A stretch of DNA of 62,862 nucleotides, filler included, from Globobulimina sp. (taxonomy: Eukaryota): the NCBI GenBank assembly GCA_003354225.1. It is 34 parts of 34 records of this genome, joined end to end, with 100 filler letters (N's around TTAATTAATTAA, not from the genome) between each part and the next. Parts side by side here need not be neighbours in the genome. Positions count along the whole stretch, not along the records: positions 50,006 to 51,756 come from PIVH01012366.1; positions 51,857 to 53,607 come from PIVH01012367.1; positions 53,708 to 55,458 come from PIVH01012368.1; positions 55,559 to 57,309 come from PIVH01012369.1; positions 57,410 to 59,160 come from PIVH01012370.1; positions 59,261 to 61,011 come from PIVH01012371.1; positions 61,112 to 62,862 come from PIVH01012372.1; 27 more parts are not named here. The stretch is one strand, 5' to 3'. A program made the translations under genes and the position numbers. Shown here piece after piece: positions 50,087-61,867 of the stretch (position 1 is its first letter; each line of letters starts with the position of its first letter). The notes under the pieces were generated by a model. That model was given only the letters and a program-made list of their open reading frames with translations, searched no databases and was not told the DNA's origin.

Positions 50087-50137
50087 TCCGAAGCTGGTTG
50101 CTATTCTCCATCTCAATGCAGATGATGAATGCCTTAC

Positions 50138-51188
50138 ACGAAGAAAAATGTGACTGTTCAAACGATGCTATATTACAACCAAAAAAAGTAGAATCCACAG
50201 ATGGCCTTTCATCATTTTGAGAGCTTTGATATTTGCCAGGATTTGGATAGCAAACTGCTAAACGCCCAAAATATTTGTTATGCAGTATGCCAAACTTTTC
50301 ATTTGCTGCAATATCATTTGTGCAATACTTGCCATACAACGCCCAAAGCGCAGTAGAACCAGTCGAGAATAATATCTTTAGATGTTTGGGAAGGAAAAAC
50401 TGATAATAACCCGTATCATGATATTGTGGGAGATTGTCAATCACATAAAATAGAAAGTTGCTTTTTTTTATAGAGCCAAATAATGAGTTTGTAGTGCCTA
50501 AGTTGGGAGTTTCAACTAAAAATATCTCAATGTCAGCTAATAATGACTCGATATTATGTTTTGGAGCTATATCTAAATCACAATATATGCCACCAAAGTG
50601 ATACAATATGAAATATCGCGCAACATCGACTCGTTGGATTTGATGCGGATATGAATAATAAAAAGGAGTGAACCAGGAATAATATTCATTCATAAAGGCA
50701 TCAATATCCTCATCGCTCCAAAACATATATTCCCAATCTGGGTGGTATTTTTTCCATGATTTGGCACTATTTTCCCAGCGCAATGGGATAGAATCAAAGG
50801 CTTTATATGTTTGATGAATTATTTTCGGTATTAATATATTTATTTGTTTAGCAGAGCTATCGATATTATGATCAGGAGTAATATATGGATGATGCCAATA
50901 CATTATATTCCCGCCGAGACCAACAGTTAATTGAGCTGCTAATTTGGTTAAAAATGTGGTCACCAAGAAATTTAATGAGATGATTGAAATGAATAGAAAA
51001 AACATTTGGAAATAGAAATAATATTTTTTATCTAAAATTAAATAATTGTCAATAAATGTACATAAATTGAACCAACATCGTTGAACATTTTTGCCAAATA
51101 AATTTATTCCACGCTTGCTTAATTTGCCACGCTTAAGTTGCAATTTACTATGTAATGATTCTAATAATGATGGGTTCTTCTTAGACAT
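50138..51188 (-). CDS. GT32 glycosyltransferase (MIPC synthase SUR1/OCH1-like), 3' partial
   Basis: IPKIIHQTYK, HPDWEYMFWSD, IQRVDVARYFILYHFGGIYCDLD, LFSTG; N-terminal TM. Confidence 0.9.
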
Positions 51189-52418
51189 GGAATGGAATGG
51201 ACTGAGGCAATTTATATTATATGTTTCAGAAAAACTGTGGAGCCATGATTACTAGGTAAAAAAACTTGAGCAAATAAAGTATTTTAAATCAAGCCTTCAT
51301 GTTACTGTTCGCAATAACCGGATTGATTGTTTTGATACTTATATTATCATTACATTATACTCAACATTTCCAATTTCATTTCAAAAAATGCTGTCGAAGA
51401 TCAACACAGATGATAAAGTCATCGGATACTGCCTCCAATACTTTTCAAAAACAAATGGAGTTTATTAAAAGTGTTACGTATTGTGTCTAAATAACCAAAT
51501 ATTTCAATTAATTTGCAATTGTATTTAGTCGGATAACACAACAAGTTGTTGCTGTGAGTTACGTGGCAGAGAAGATTTTGATTTTTTCCCAATGTCATTT
51601 TTATTCTATGTATCATTTCTAACATTATTATGTTTCTTAATTATCATTGTCCAATGTTTAGATTATAACTACAAAGACAACACATTCATTAATTTATATC
51701 ACAATAATTCTTTGCTTGAAATGCATAAAGTTAAAGTTGTTTATATCTTGGATTATNNNNNNNNNNNNNNNNNNNNNNNNNNNNNNNNNNNNNNNNNNNN
51801 TTAATTAATTAANNNNNNNNNNNNNNNNNNNNNNNNNNNNNNNNNNNNNNNNNNNNAGTCCTCAAAAAACCAAAAAAAAAGTTATATAGTGTTAACATTC
51901 CAGCGGTTGTTCATCTTGATCGACAACACTTGGATTGTTTTTATTAAATTTACCAAGCTCTACATTTACATTCTCAGCACCAACATCACTGTCATCTGAA
52001 TCAGTATCATCAATATCATATTTTAAAACTTTTTCACAGTCATCAGTTTCTCCGGTGCCCTCTTTGTTTTTTGCGAAGTTTGCTGCACAGCCAGCATGTT
52101 GATCAAATGTCAAATTTAACATTCCATTCGAAAGTAAGAAAATAGTCGATAAAATTGACCACCATTCATCTAAATCGCATAGTTTTTATTATAATATAAT
52201 TTTACGGAAAAAAAAAACAAAAAAAAATGATTTGCTCAACTTCCAATGGACAGCGTCCCCAAAAATAAATACCACAATCCTTTCCCAGCGAATGTAGATA
52301 AAATAGCACAATGTTCAGCTAATTTTTTAAACTGTAATTCCAGCGCTATAGTAAATAAACCAAATACCACGTAATAAAACGATAAAGTATAAGATCTTAT
52401 ATTTGCTACATATAGTTA

Positions 52419-52646
52419 TCAACACATATATACAATGAAAATTTGTGGAATAAAGAAAAAATAAACACCTGAACATAATGTAAAACATAACAATCCCTCC
52501 ATAATAAATCCAATTGATATCATAATGCCAAGACCAACTAAACATTTTGGTGACGTAACAAATGAAGAAAATACCAACCAACATTTATCCAGCAAAATGG
52601 TTGAAGTTATTACATTTTTGGTTGAATTATTATCTTTTTCCATCAT
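52419..52646 (-). CDS. Small membrane protein, first exon
   Basis: Hydrophobic ORF; same-strand fragments downstream may be further exons. Confidence 0.3.
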   Translation of the reverse strand: MMEKDNNSTKNVITSTILLDKCWLVFSSFVTSPKCLVGLGIMISIGFIMEGLLCFTLCSGVYFFFIPQIFIVYMC

Positions 52647-53049
52647 GTATTTGTTATTTTCTTCAGCTAGTTACTAGTATAGTATGGGATAATGATGAGG
52701 GTTTTTGGGAAAGGTAGGATAGTTAATAGTGTATAAAAACTCTTTAAATCTTCAGCAGTTAACTGAAATGACTTGATTAGCACAGCGGGAATATTTTATA
52801 CATATAACGGGTTTATCACCAGAAAAGTAACAATTTTATGACTATAATCAATTATGCATATGTGGACATAAAAATATACATATCGATATTTCTGCGCGAT
52901 ATGCAAAGCAATAAAAAATACAATACAAATTATATACAATTAACGACACAAACAAGAAATTACTAGCTATACATCGTTATCATTATTTTTTTTATGGAAT
53001 TTCATCGTCGATTATTTCCAATCCAACATTTGTTCGTTCATTATCAGCA

Positions 53050-53607
53050 TCATTCTATATATATACGCGAAATTGCGATTACTTGACCAAAAAAAATATA
53101 AATAATATAAATCTCACGTACCTCAACATTATGGCTCTCCGAGTGAACACTATTTGCTTTATCTAATGGCCTTTTTAAATGAAGATCAGTCGCAGTATCC
53201 TCCTCCTTATCATATTTCATATCCTCATTGAGATTCCCTGTGCTTTCATCATCCAACAAAGCAAGATTTGCTACACCTGCAGTTTCATTTGTTTTTTGCT
53301 GCACTTTTCCCGTATCCGTAGGTATTAAGTCCTTCATCACACTTTCTAACAAAACAGCGCATTTTTGAAGATCAATACTGGTCAACTCAATGGACAACAT
53401 TTTCATATCAGCTCTATACGCTAACTCTGTGACCAATGCATCAAACAATAATAACAATTCCTTCCCCGTCGGGTCCTTTACATGAGCCTCATACTCTCGT
53501 TTCAATGCTTCTTCTTTATCGTTCTCAGAATGTTCTTCCTTTTCTTCTTTTTTATAAACGGCTTTAAACTTTGGATAAAATAATAAACAAAGCACCATCG
53601 CAACCAC
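53050..53607 (-). CDS. C-terminal part of a possible class C (GABA-B-like) GPCR
   Basis: LCLLFYPKF TM7-like motif followed by a cytoplasmic tail. Confidence 0.5.
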   Translation of the reverse strand: MVAMVLCLLFYPKFKAVYKKEEKEEHSENDKEEALKREYEAHVKDPTGKELLLLFDALVTELAYRADMKMLSIELTSIDLQKCAVLLESVMKDLIPTDTGKVQQKTNETAGVANLALLDDESTGNLNEDMKYDKEEDTATDLHLKRPLDKANSVHSESHNVEVREIYIIYIFFGQVIAISRIYIE

Positions 53608-53880
53608 NNNNNNNNNNNNNNNNNNNNNNNNNNNNNNNNNNNNNNNNNNNNTTAATTAATTAANNNNNNNNNNNNNNNNNNNNNNNNNNNNNNNNNNNNN
53701 NNNNNNNGCAAAAGTTGATTAATTTATTATTATTTTACGTAGGGAGGCCAACACATTTCTCAATTGCAGCTTGCAACGTCCATCCTTTACTGCAACGTCC
53801 ATACCTTATAAGGTGCAAGATAATTGCATGCATTCCAAAAAACCACACATTTTTCTTTACCTTCAGTTTTCATTTAAAAC

Positions 53881-55290
53881 ATGACGGTTAACTCTTGTGT
53901 TGGCATCGCACTTTTCATTTTTATACAAACTATAATTGCCGAATTAACTAATACAGATGTTACCATCGCAACGCATCCAGACAATATCGAAAATATTCAA
54001 CAAGACCTATGTGCCAGCGATGCCTGGTCTCTTTACGATGAAACCGTAGTTTATTGTGCACCGCAAGTTACCGTAGTGAGATACACCGCTACCGGTGATC
54101 TATATACATGTAAATGGTGGACCCAAGGAGATCTGCCATATCCAATTGAACCAAATGGTCCATGGGCGTTACAAAAAGAGTGCATTGCATGGACCGAATC
54201 ATTCGTACAAGGCAGTATTACCCCATTTACCGTAGTCAATGTATTGAAAGATGCTGAATTGGTCATCGATATCGAACCATATCTCGGATTCCGCATTGGC
54301 GCCATCTATGTCGTGGTCAATAATATGTACAGTACCTTGGCGAGCAAATTCAATAATTACCAATTAATTTATACCACGGCCAGCCCCGATTCTTCTGCCC
54401 AATTAAGGATCACCTTCGATAACATCCAAACGCCTGCCTATAAAATCGAGATCAGATTCACTCCCTTCGTTGCTACCACTGCCGCCCCGTCGCAATCCCC
54501 CATAGAATCGCCCACCGAGTCACCCATAAAAGCGCCCACAGCGTCGCCCGTAGAGTCACCCACAGCATCTCCCATAGAATCGCCCTCAACCTCACCCACA
54601 AAATCGCCTTCTAGCAATCCATCCGTGTCGCCATCGCAGAATCCTTCGATGAGTCCTTCATTGTATCCGTCTGTATCGCCCTCAAGAAACCCATCGCTAT
54701 CTCCCTCGACCAGTCCTTCATTAAATCCGTCAGTATCCCCCTCGCAAAATCCCACCACGTATAGCCCATCGTATCATACATGGAGTCCTACATTGCCGCC
54801 ATTACAGGAAAACAATGAGGATGATCAAGGTGATGATGATCAAGGTGATGATGATCAAGGTGAGGATGAAGACGGTGATGGATCTATGCGCGGATCAGCA
54901 GGAAATAACTCGCCTGCTGGGATGGAAGAAGACGTAGCTACAAAATCGACACAATCAGTCATAGTATTTGCGGTTCTTGGGATTATACCGCTATTCTTTA
55001 TATGTATGGCGGTTTGTTGTTTCGTACGTAACTGTAAGAAAGAAGAAAGTGAAACGTCTGATGCTGATACCGATATATATGTGGTGAGTGATGATGATTC
55101 GCCATCGCCACGGTTAGGGGATGTGACCCCGAAAGGCGGTGTGACACCGAATGGGGATGAAACTCCCAGGAATGCTGCGGGTGATAATGATGTCGACAAA
55201 ATGATGGTGATTCAAAGGAAATTTAAGAATGCTCCGGCTGTGAAGGAAAGTGATATTCATATGGCGATTGATATTATGTTCAGAGATTAA
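53881..55290 (+). CDS. Type I surface protein with CBM5/12-like chitin-binding module, PS/PT stalk and TM
   Basis: Signal peptide; YTCKWWTQGDLP...GPW; SPxxSP/PSxSPS repeats; TM VIVFAVLGIIPLFFICMAVCCFV. Confidence 0.78.
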   Translation: MTVNSCVGIALFIFIQTIIAELTNTDVTIATHPDNIENIQQDLCASDAWSLYDETVVYCAPQVTVVRYTATGDLYTCKWWTQGDLPYPIEPNGPWALQKECIAWTESFVQGSITPFTVVNVLKDAELVIDIEPYLGFRIGAIYVVVNNMYSTLASKFNNYQLIYTTASPDSSAQLRITFDNIQTPAYKIEIRFTPFVATTAAPSQSPIESPTESPIKAPTASPVESPTASPIESPSTSPTKSPSSNPSVSPSQNPSMSPSLYPSVSPSRNPSLSPSTSPSLNPSVSPSQNPTTYSPSYHTWSPTLPPLQENNEDDQGDDDQGDDDQGEDEDGDGSMRGSAGNNSPAGMEEDVATKSTQSVIVFAVLGIIPLFFICMAVCCFVRNCKKEESETSDADTDIYVVSDDDSPSPRLGDVTPKGGVTPNGDETPRNAAGDNDVDKMMVIQRKFKNAPAVKESDIHMAIDIMFRD

Positions 55291-55558
55291 TTATATTTTA
55301 TTTTTATTTTCTTTCCATTAAATTGCTTCAATAGTATATTAATATTATATGTATCGTATGCGTACTATTTATAATTAAGAGGTCATTTTTTAGATTGATA
55401 CTGTTTACTTTCTAATTATATTTTTTGTTGTTGTTTAAACATTCATTCTTTTCTCACTNNNNNNNNNNNNNNNNNNNNNNNNNNNNNNNNNNNNNNNNNN
55501 NNTTAATTAATTAANNNNNNNNNNNNNNNNNNNNNNNNNNNNNNNNNNNNNNNNNNNN

Positions 55559-56476
55559 TGGCTTGTTGTATTAATTGCTGTGCCAACACATCCATTGGAT
55601 CCACCAATCTTACTCCAAACAATTCATTTTCCGGCAAAACAATTGGTATTTCTGTACAGCCCAATATCACAGCAACTATTCCTTTGCCTTTTAAATCTTT
55701 TACATATGTTTCAAAACTGCCTCTCACTCTTTGTGACGCTGCCGATAATTTCTTAATTCCATCTTGTTGATTATATATACAATCATGTAATTCGTCCTGT
55801 TTCTTATCATTAACTTCCACTATCTTCATATTGAATGTATTGGCAATGTCAGAATACAAATTAGTTTGTCTGGTTCCTGTGGTGCTCATTAAACCAACAC
55901 TGTGTAATTTCAAGTCATTTAAAATATGCTTTAATGTCAACTCAATCATATGATTAATATGCAAATAGCCAGGAATTAACATTGATATTTTGTCATCCAA
56001 ATGAATATCATATTGAATATTATTCAGTTTACAAACTTGCTGATTAATTTTATTAATTTCGTTTTTAAATCGATTAAAAATTGCTGGCGCATGGAATGTA
56101 TTACAAATTACGCCGACTACAGAACATGTATTCAATGCCAAACAGGCTGAACTTAATCCTTTTGCTATTTTAGCCATTCCTAAGGCTGGATTGTCAAGAT
56201 TTGATTTTCCAAATTGTTTTAAATCCATCAAATATGCTGTTCTATCACCAACGTATTGAGATAGAGATAAATGAATTACATCTAAATGTTGTTGGTCTTT
56301 TGATACTACACATTTATTGATAATAGTTTTGTGCTCAATTATTCCCGCCATTGGTCCAACTGATTTGTTATATGGCCATGGATATATTGCTCAAACAAAA
56401 AGCCAGTAAACCTGACGCAGATAGTACCTCCGCCTAATATACCAATGATAGGCCGACGACTATTATTTTGCGCCAT
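55559..56476 (-). CDS. PLP-independent aspartate/glutamate racemase, intron 56360-56427
   Basis: MAQNNSRRPIIGILGG|VGPMAG after splicing; DQQHL, VICNTFH, VGLMSTTGT, VILGCTEIP, LVDPM. Confidence 0.9.
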
Positions 56477-56588
56477 TATTTTGCGACGACTATTATATCA
56501 AAAACATTTTCATTTGTATTGTGAGAACATTTATATACAAAAACTGTTGGTTTTCAAAGAACATAAATATACAAATTTTAAAAATATA

Positions 56589-57309
56589 TTAGTCGCGTTT
56601 ATCTGTATCATTGTGATAGAATGAATTGTTGATAGAATCTCTAAAATGTGTGTTAAGTGCTGGTCCAATACAAAAAGGAGGAATTGTTCTTATCAGAAAT
56701 ATTCCCAATGTCGCAGGATATGCTTTTATTATTAGCGAGTGTCTTTGCCACATTTTTAATTCTCTACGGTTATAAATATCCAATGCCCATAAATGTAAAT
56801 ATACACTGATCACATTGGCAAGTACTGGTAATGTGAGTTGTGCAGTTGTTTGGAATTTATCCCTATTGTCGTTGTGAATGATGTTGTATTTAACAGTATA
56901 CTTCGTTAAAACAGTCGGAAATGTAAAAGAAAATATCATTTGATTTGCATCTCGTATTAAAAATAAAAAATATGCTCTCAATGGCAATCCTGTGGGTAAT
57001 ATTGCACCATATTTCCTCGCAAACATTCTATCCTTCCATATTGATACGGATACATTGACCGCAGTCACTGCGGATATTTTGAGCGCTTCATTAGATGGAT
57101 CAATATGGTTTGGGTTATTCTTGTGTAAGTTATCAAAGTATGTGTCGAATATATTGACTGTGGAATATGTTAATGTATAAACAGGAATTGTACAAAAACA
57201 GTGCCACGATGTCATCCATCGATGAGGCTTTCTTGTCGCTAAATATATCTCTTCTTTTATGCTTCCTTTCATTGTGTTTGTACCTGAGATATTTTGAGTT
57301 GCTGCCTTG
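56589..57309 (-). CDS. Conserved eukaryotic membrane protein (possibly mitochondrial carrier or sideroflexin-like), 5' partial
   Basis: VYTLTYSTVN, WKDRMFAR, AYFLFLIRD...FSFTFP, LHLWALDIYNR. Confidence 0.5.
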
Positions 57310-57674
57310 NNNNNNNNNNNNNNNNNNNNNNNNNNNNNNNNNNNNNNNNNNNNTTAATTAATTAANNNNNNNNNNNNNNNNNNNNNNNNNNNNNNNNNNN
57401 NNNNNNNNNAACATTATCACTGTCAGTTATATTCATTAAAAATCTAAATTCTGAATATTGCGATATCTGATATGGAATATTTATGTCACATAACGCTATT
57501 TGTTGCAGCGGATACTTGTTTACATCAAACGCTTTCATTGATTGTTTACGAAAACAAATATCCAGCACACTGACTCGCGACTTATTGTCAGGTAACGTCG
57601 ACGCTGCGATTTCTAATATAGGCTGTATACACATAACAAATACAACAAAAAAACATACAAAAGATACAATACAT

Positions 57675-59160
57675 TCATACGGTGAGCATTTCAGCGGATA
57701 ATGGCTCATTTGAAGCGTGCGAATTGTAATTATTTAATATTTGATTGATTGTGGCAGCAGACAGCGATGGACAGAGATGTAATAATTCTTCGCCACGTTG
57801 AGCCACAGCACAGGTCAGCAACAATGCGCTCACCTCATCCAACAGCAACATTATATCCGCAAATAAGTGTTTTTCAATTAAATTGGACTGCGACCAATCA
57901 GCAATCATTGACTTAATAATTTTTAATCGAAATCCACCAGCAACGGTGCAATATTCTGGGTGCAGCAATAAGTCATTAATTAAGCGGACAATCGTATATT
58001 GTAATATTTGTTGACAGATTTGAATTCTGTACACATTGAACAGTTTGATATCGTGCCATAGGAACCATACACCGTTCATCACTGCGAATATCATATCCAT
58101 AGTATTGCTGCCTTGCTCTCCACACTCATTCTCAGCAAATACATTCTCATACGGTACGCGGGACAGTTTAAGCAATGTGTTATCGATAATATTATCAAAG
58201 CAGAAATGGCATAATTTGGTGAGTTTTTCAACGAACCAATATGGTAAATTCAATGGTGTTTCTATAGAGATCGAATCAACTGTCATTTCCAAAGGGATTG
58301 CGGTTATGGACGCTGTCGAATCGTTGGTAGCATCTGTTTGATTTTCACTTATTACGCCAACTTGCACGCAATTATCGCTGCTGATTTCGTCAAGAAGCTC
58401 GCCCTCAAGTATGGGGGATCGAATTGGCTCAAAGGTGTCATTGCGACTTAACTCAAGCGGTTTTTGAGAGAAATCTTTTTGAGGTGAACCTACAATGTGT
58501 GGATAATATAACTGTAACCAGTATATAATGGTCGTCAATCGTAATAACCAGTAACTTTGTTCCAAATCGTTTTTAATGTGACCCTGTGTGGCTGCTGTAA
58601 CTCCGCTAAGATAGCCTTGTAATATTAACTGTGTTTTATCAACATTCTGTTCAAAAACCTTCCAATGTATAAAACAACGGAATATAATAGCACAGTGTAT
58701 TGGTATTAAATTGCTCCATAATCGGTCTGCAATGCTTAATTTTTCCATATCATTGATACAGACTTTGCACATAACATCAATTAGGTGCTGTATATCCATT
58801 TTATTCTCATCGTGCTCATACTTTGCTAATTCATTCATTTCTTCATCGATTCGAATTAATTCATCCTCCAATAAAAAACTCGCATTACTCACCTCATGGC
58901 CGCATTTTGAGTCTGTGTCTGTGTCGGATGGTAACGCCGTATTTTCTGAATTTGTACCAGTCTCTTTCCGTGGACTCACCACAAGTGATAAATTTGCAAA
59001 ATTTTCATTTCCATCTTTTACACATTCCGATGATAGATTTCGTAGTGAATATCGAGAGCCTGTCTCGTGAAACGAATCTAACACAGACTGGTTCATAGAA
59101 GATGGCGCCGACGGATTAAGAATGGAATGTTCTTCCGGCAATGCAGAAAATAGTACATTA
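57675..59160 (-). CDS. Dilute (DIL) domain protein, C-terminal part
   Basis: QQILQY...LINDLLLHPEYCT...GFRLK...DW...LCPSLSAATINQILNNY. Confidence 0.75.
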
Positions 59161-59713
59161 NNNNNNNNNNNNNNNNNNNNNNNNNNNNNNNNNNNNNNNN
59201 NNNNTTAATTAATTAANNNNNNNNNNNNNNNNNNNNNNNNNNNNNNNNNNNNNNNNNNNNAATGGCCAATAAGAAGAAATGTATAATTGAAACATCCCAC
59301 CAGAGAGCAAGGTGGGCCAATCTACATCACTCGCACTGAGGTGGCCTGGTCAGTACAGTTTAAAGTTTACGGTATAAGAAGAGCAATATTGCATAGGCAA
59401 TACACCCAGGGGCATCCCGAGACTTCCAACGCCAGTCACAAGTCTAGTGCATTATTTGCTAGCTGGGTTTTGTCCCAACTGTGAACATGAAAATAGAAGT
59501 CCTTCTCCAAAGAATGTGTTACATTGGCAACATAATCTAGGTTGGGACCTTTTTTAGGCTTCAAATATGCCTTTTATGTTCGCTGTACTCATATTGTGAG
59601 TCACTGTACCAAAAAAAAATTTTTAAATTTTTTTAAAATTTCTAAATTTTTTATTCTAATTTTTTATTCTAATTTGAAGGAAAAGCATAGTGTCTCCCAT
59701 TGGGGATAAATTT

Positions 59714-59754
59714 GCATAACCGGTTTCGCCTGATAAACAGGCATCTTCAGATGC
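59714..59754 (-). ncRNA. Minimal type-I hammerhead ribozyme (Penelope-like element type)
   Basis: Minus strand reads GCAU CUGAAGA U GCCUG uuuau CAGGC GAAA CCG GUU AUGC: core boxes, 5-bp stem II, 4-bp stem I, palindromic ACCGGU stem III. Confidence 0.75.
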
Positions 59755-59908
59755 GACACCATCACTATAAGTCTACCGACTTTCTGTAACTTGCCATTTT
59801 GCAAGTTTAAAACAAATTAAAATGTCAGGTCTAAATTTCAAAACCACTTTTAGTGATTTTCGCTTTTTTGTTTTTACTAAAACCATACCAGTTCAGAGCT
59901 ACAATAGT

Positions 59909-60152
59909 CCTTGATCAGTTGGTCAACTGAACAGTGCCTTTGTTATAGGTAAGTTTTGGCAAAAATGTGCCTAGATCAGTTGGTCTACTGATCGGTGCCT
60001 TTGTTGTAGGCAAAATATGGCAAAAAAGTGCCTTGATCAGTTGGTCTACTGATCGGTGCCTTTGTTGTAGGCAAAATATGGCAAAAATGTGCCTTGATCA
60101 GTTGGTCTACTGATCGGTGCCTTTGTTGTAGGCAAAATAGGGCAGAAAACTG
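59909..60152. repeat. 61-bp tandem repeat, four copies
   Basis: Units start at 59909, 59970, 60031 and 60092 (CCTTGATCAGTTGGTCTACTGATCGGTGCCTTTGTTGTAGGCAAAA...). Confidence 0.95.
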
Positions 60153-61867
60153 CCATGAGAAAAATTATTGTAAGGGTAAAAAAGTTGTTTTCGAAAGTTG
60201 AAATTCCTGTTGCTGTTCTCACAAAAAGTTGAGTGAGAACAATCAGTAGGTATAGGCGACCGTTAGAGTGGCCACCGGAAAGTCAACTGACGTTTGTTTT
60301 CTAAGCTCAGCTGGACTCTCTTGGCTCTAGCTTGGCTGGCCTGTTTCTCTTAAGAAAAGGCCCTAGTGGTAAACAGAGAAAACAGGCGCGTTTTCCCTTG
60401 GCTCTAGCCCAACTAAATAGTTTAGAGGGCGCCAAATTTGACCTGGCCGTGGTGTGGTCACTATTTGTTTTAGTAACCGAGGTCTCTCCAAGGGTACAAG
60501 GAGCCTCAAACAACACATTAGACGAGCACATCTTACCAGACGCATATGTCCTTTTTTGAGACGTTTTAAATGGCTAATTTAGAGTTGTAATTTTAAAACG
60601 AAATACAGAAAGAAATTTACTGTATTAAAGCCATTTTTAAAGCAAGGAAAGTTTGTCAAAATGTGACAAAACAAACACATAAAAGTTACGTAGGAATATG
60701 ACAAAGGTAAAATTGTCTTTTAAAAAGTTTGTGATTCTCTTTTAACCAAGCTTTAATGTTAAAAAAACGTCAAATATGCGTTTTGGAGTATAGGTTAGGT
60801 AGTAGAGTAACTGCATTGAAAAGGCATAAACAGCCAAAAATGAAAGAACAGATTTTTTCTTTTTATTATCTGCAGTTCAAAGTTTGTTAAACTCCATTTA
60901 GAAACAGGCAAGAAGTGACAGACCAAAAAGTCGAGGCGCCTGTAATTTAAGAACATTTTTTAGAAATATTACTGCAAATGGTGCTAATCACTTTTTTGTT
61001 TATCAGATTCANNNNNNNNNNNNNNNNNNNNNNNNNNNNNNNNNNNNNNNNNNNNTTAATTAATTAANNNNNNNNNNNNNNNNNNNNNNNNNNNNNNNNN
61101 NNNNNNNNNNNTATATGAAAGCAGTAAGTAACTGGAAAATACGGACACCATATATTAGTTTATTTAGTTACAAATGATGGTGTATCTATATATTGGTTCA
61201 ATAAATTACTTGCTCCACAAGTTGTATCTCAACCAATCAAAAACAGGTACACATTTTTTTAGTATACACTCTGTAAAATGAATATACGAATACAGATAAA
61301 CCATTTGACTTTTTATGGGAGGATAGTTCATGGAAAACAACATTATCACAAGGATGGAACCATGAATTGGTAAAACATATTTGCGGTGAAGTTAATTAGC
61401 AATAAATTTAAATCAGGATTGGTTCAATTATCTGACGATATTACTATTTAAAATGAAGGTATTATGCAAAAGGAAAAAATTAGCAAATGAAATTAAACAA
61501 TTTTATATAAAGAGAATAAATGAAAATAATAAAGTGAATTAGAATAAAATGGAAATTGTTACATTTGTTGTTTGTGTCAAGATGATATTTTATATTGGAT
61601 TTGGATCAGCAATTGAATTTTTAAGAAGGATATTCCATTCAGAAAATGATATTGGAAATTTTGGAATGTTAGGTATGAAGGGATATAAAACAAAGAAGAG
61701 AAATCATACAAACATGTATAAAACAAAGGAAGCATCGACGTTAGGAGTTATTGAATATTGAGGGTTTAGAATATTATGGACCGCGTTTATTGAATTGCGA
61801 TTTATAACAAAAAACAAAACTTTTTACATAAAAAACTTAACTATTTTTGACGAATAAAACCAACATA

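Noticed and set aside
49958-50161. CLSV-repeat protein tail
   Set aside because: Translation of an (AGAC)n microsatellite that probably lies in an intron
54051-55199. Short antisense ORFs here and throughout the ORF track
   Set aside because: They are shadows of real genes or low-complexity repeats on the opposite strand and carry no motifs
59909-60152. CRISPR array
   Set aside because: Whole 61-bp units repeat with no unique spacers, and there are no cas genes
1754-61111. Regularly spaced TTAATTAATTAA repeats suggesting an array or genome-rearrangement signal
   Set aside because: Always centred in fixed N runs between length-sorted contigs; an artificial six-frame stop linker
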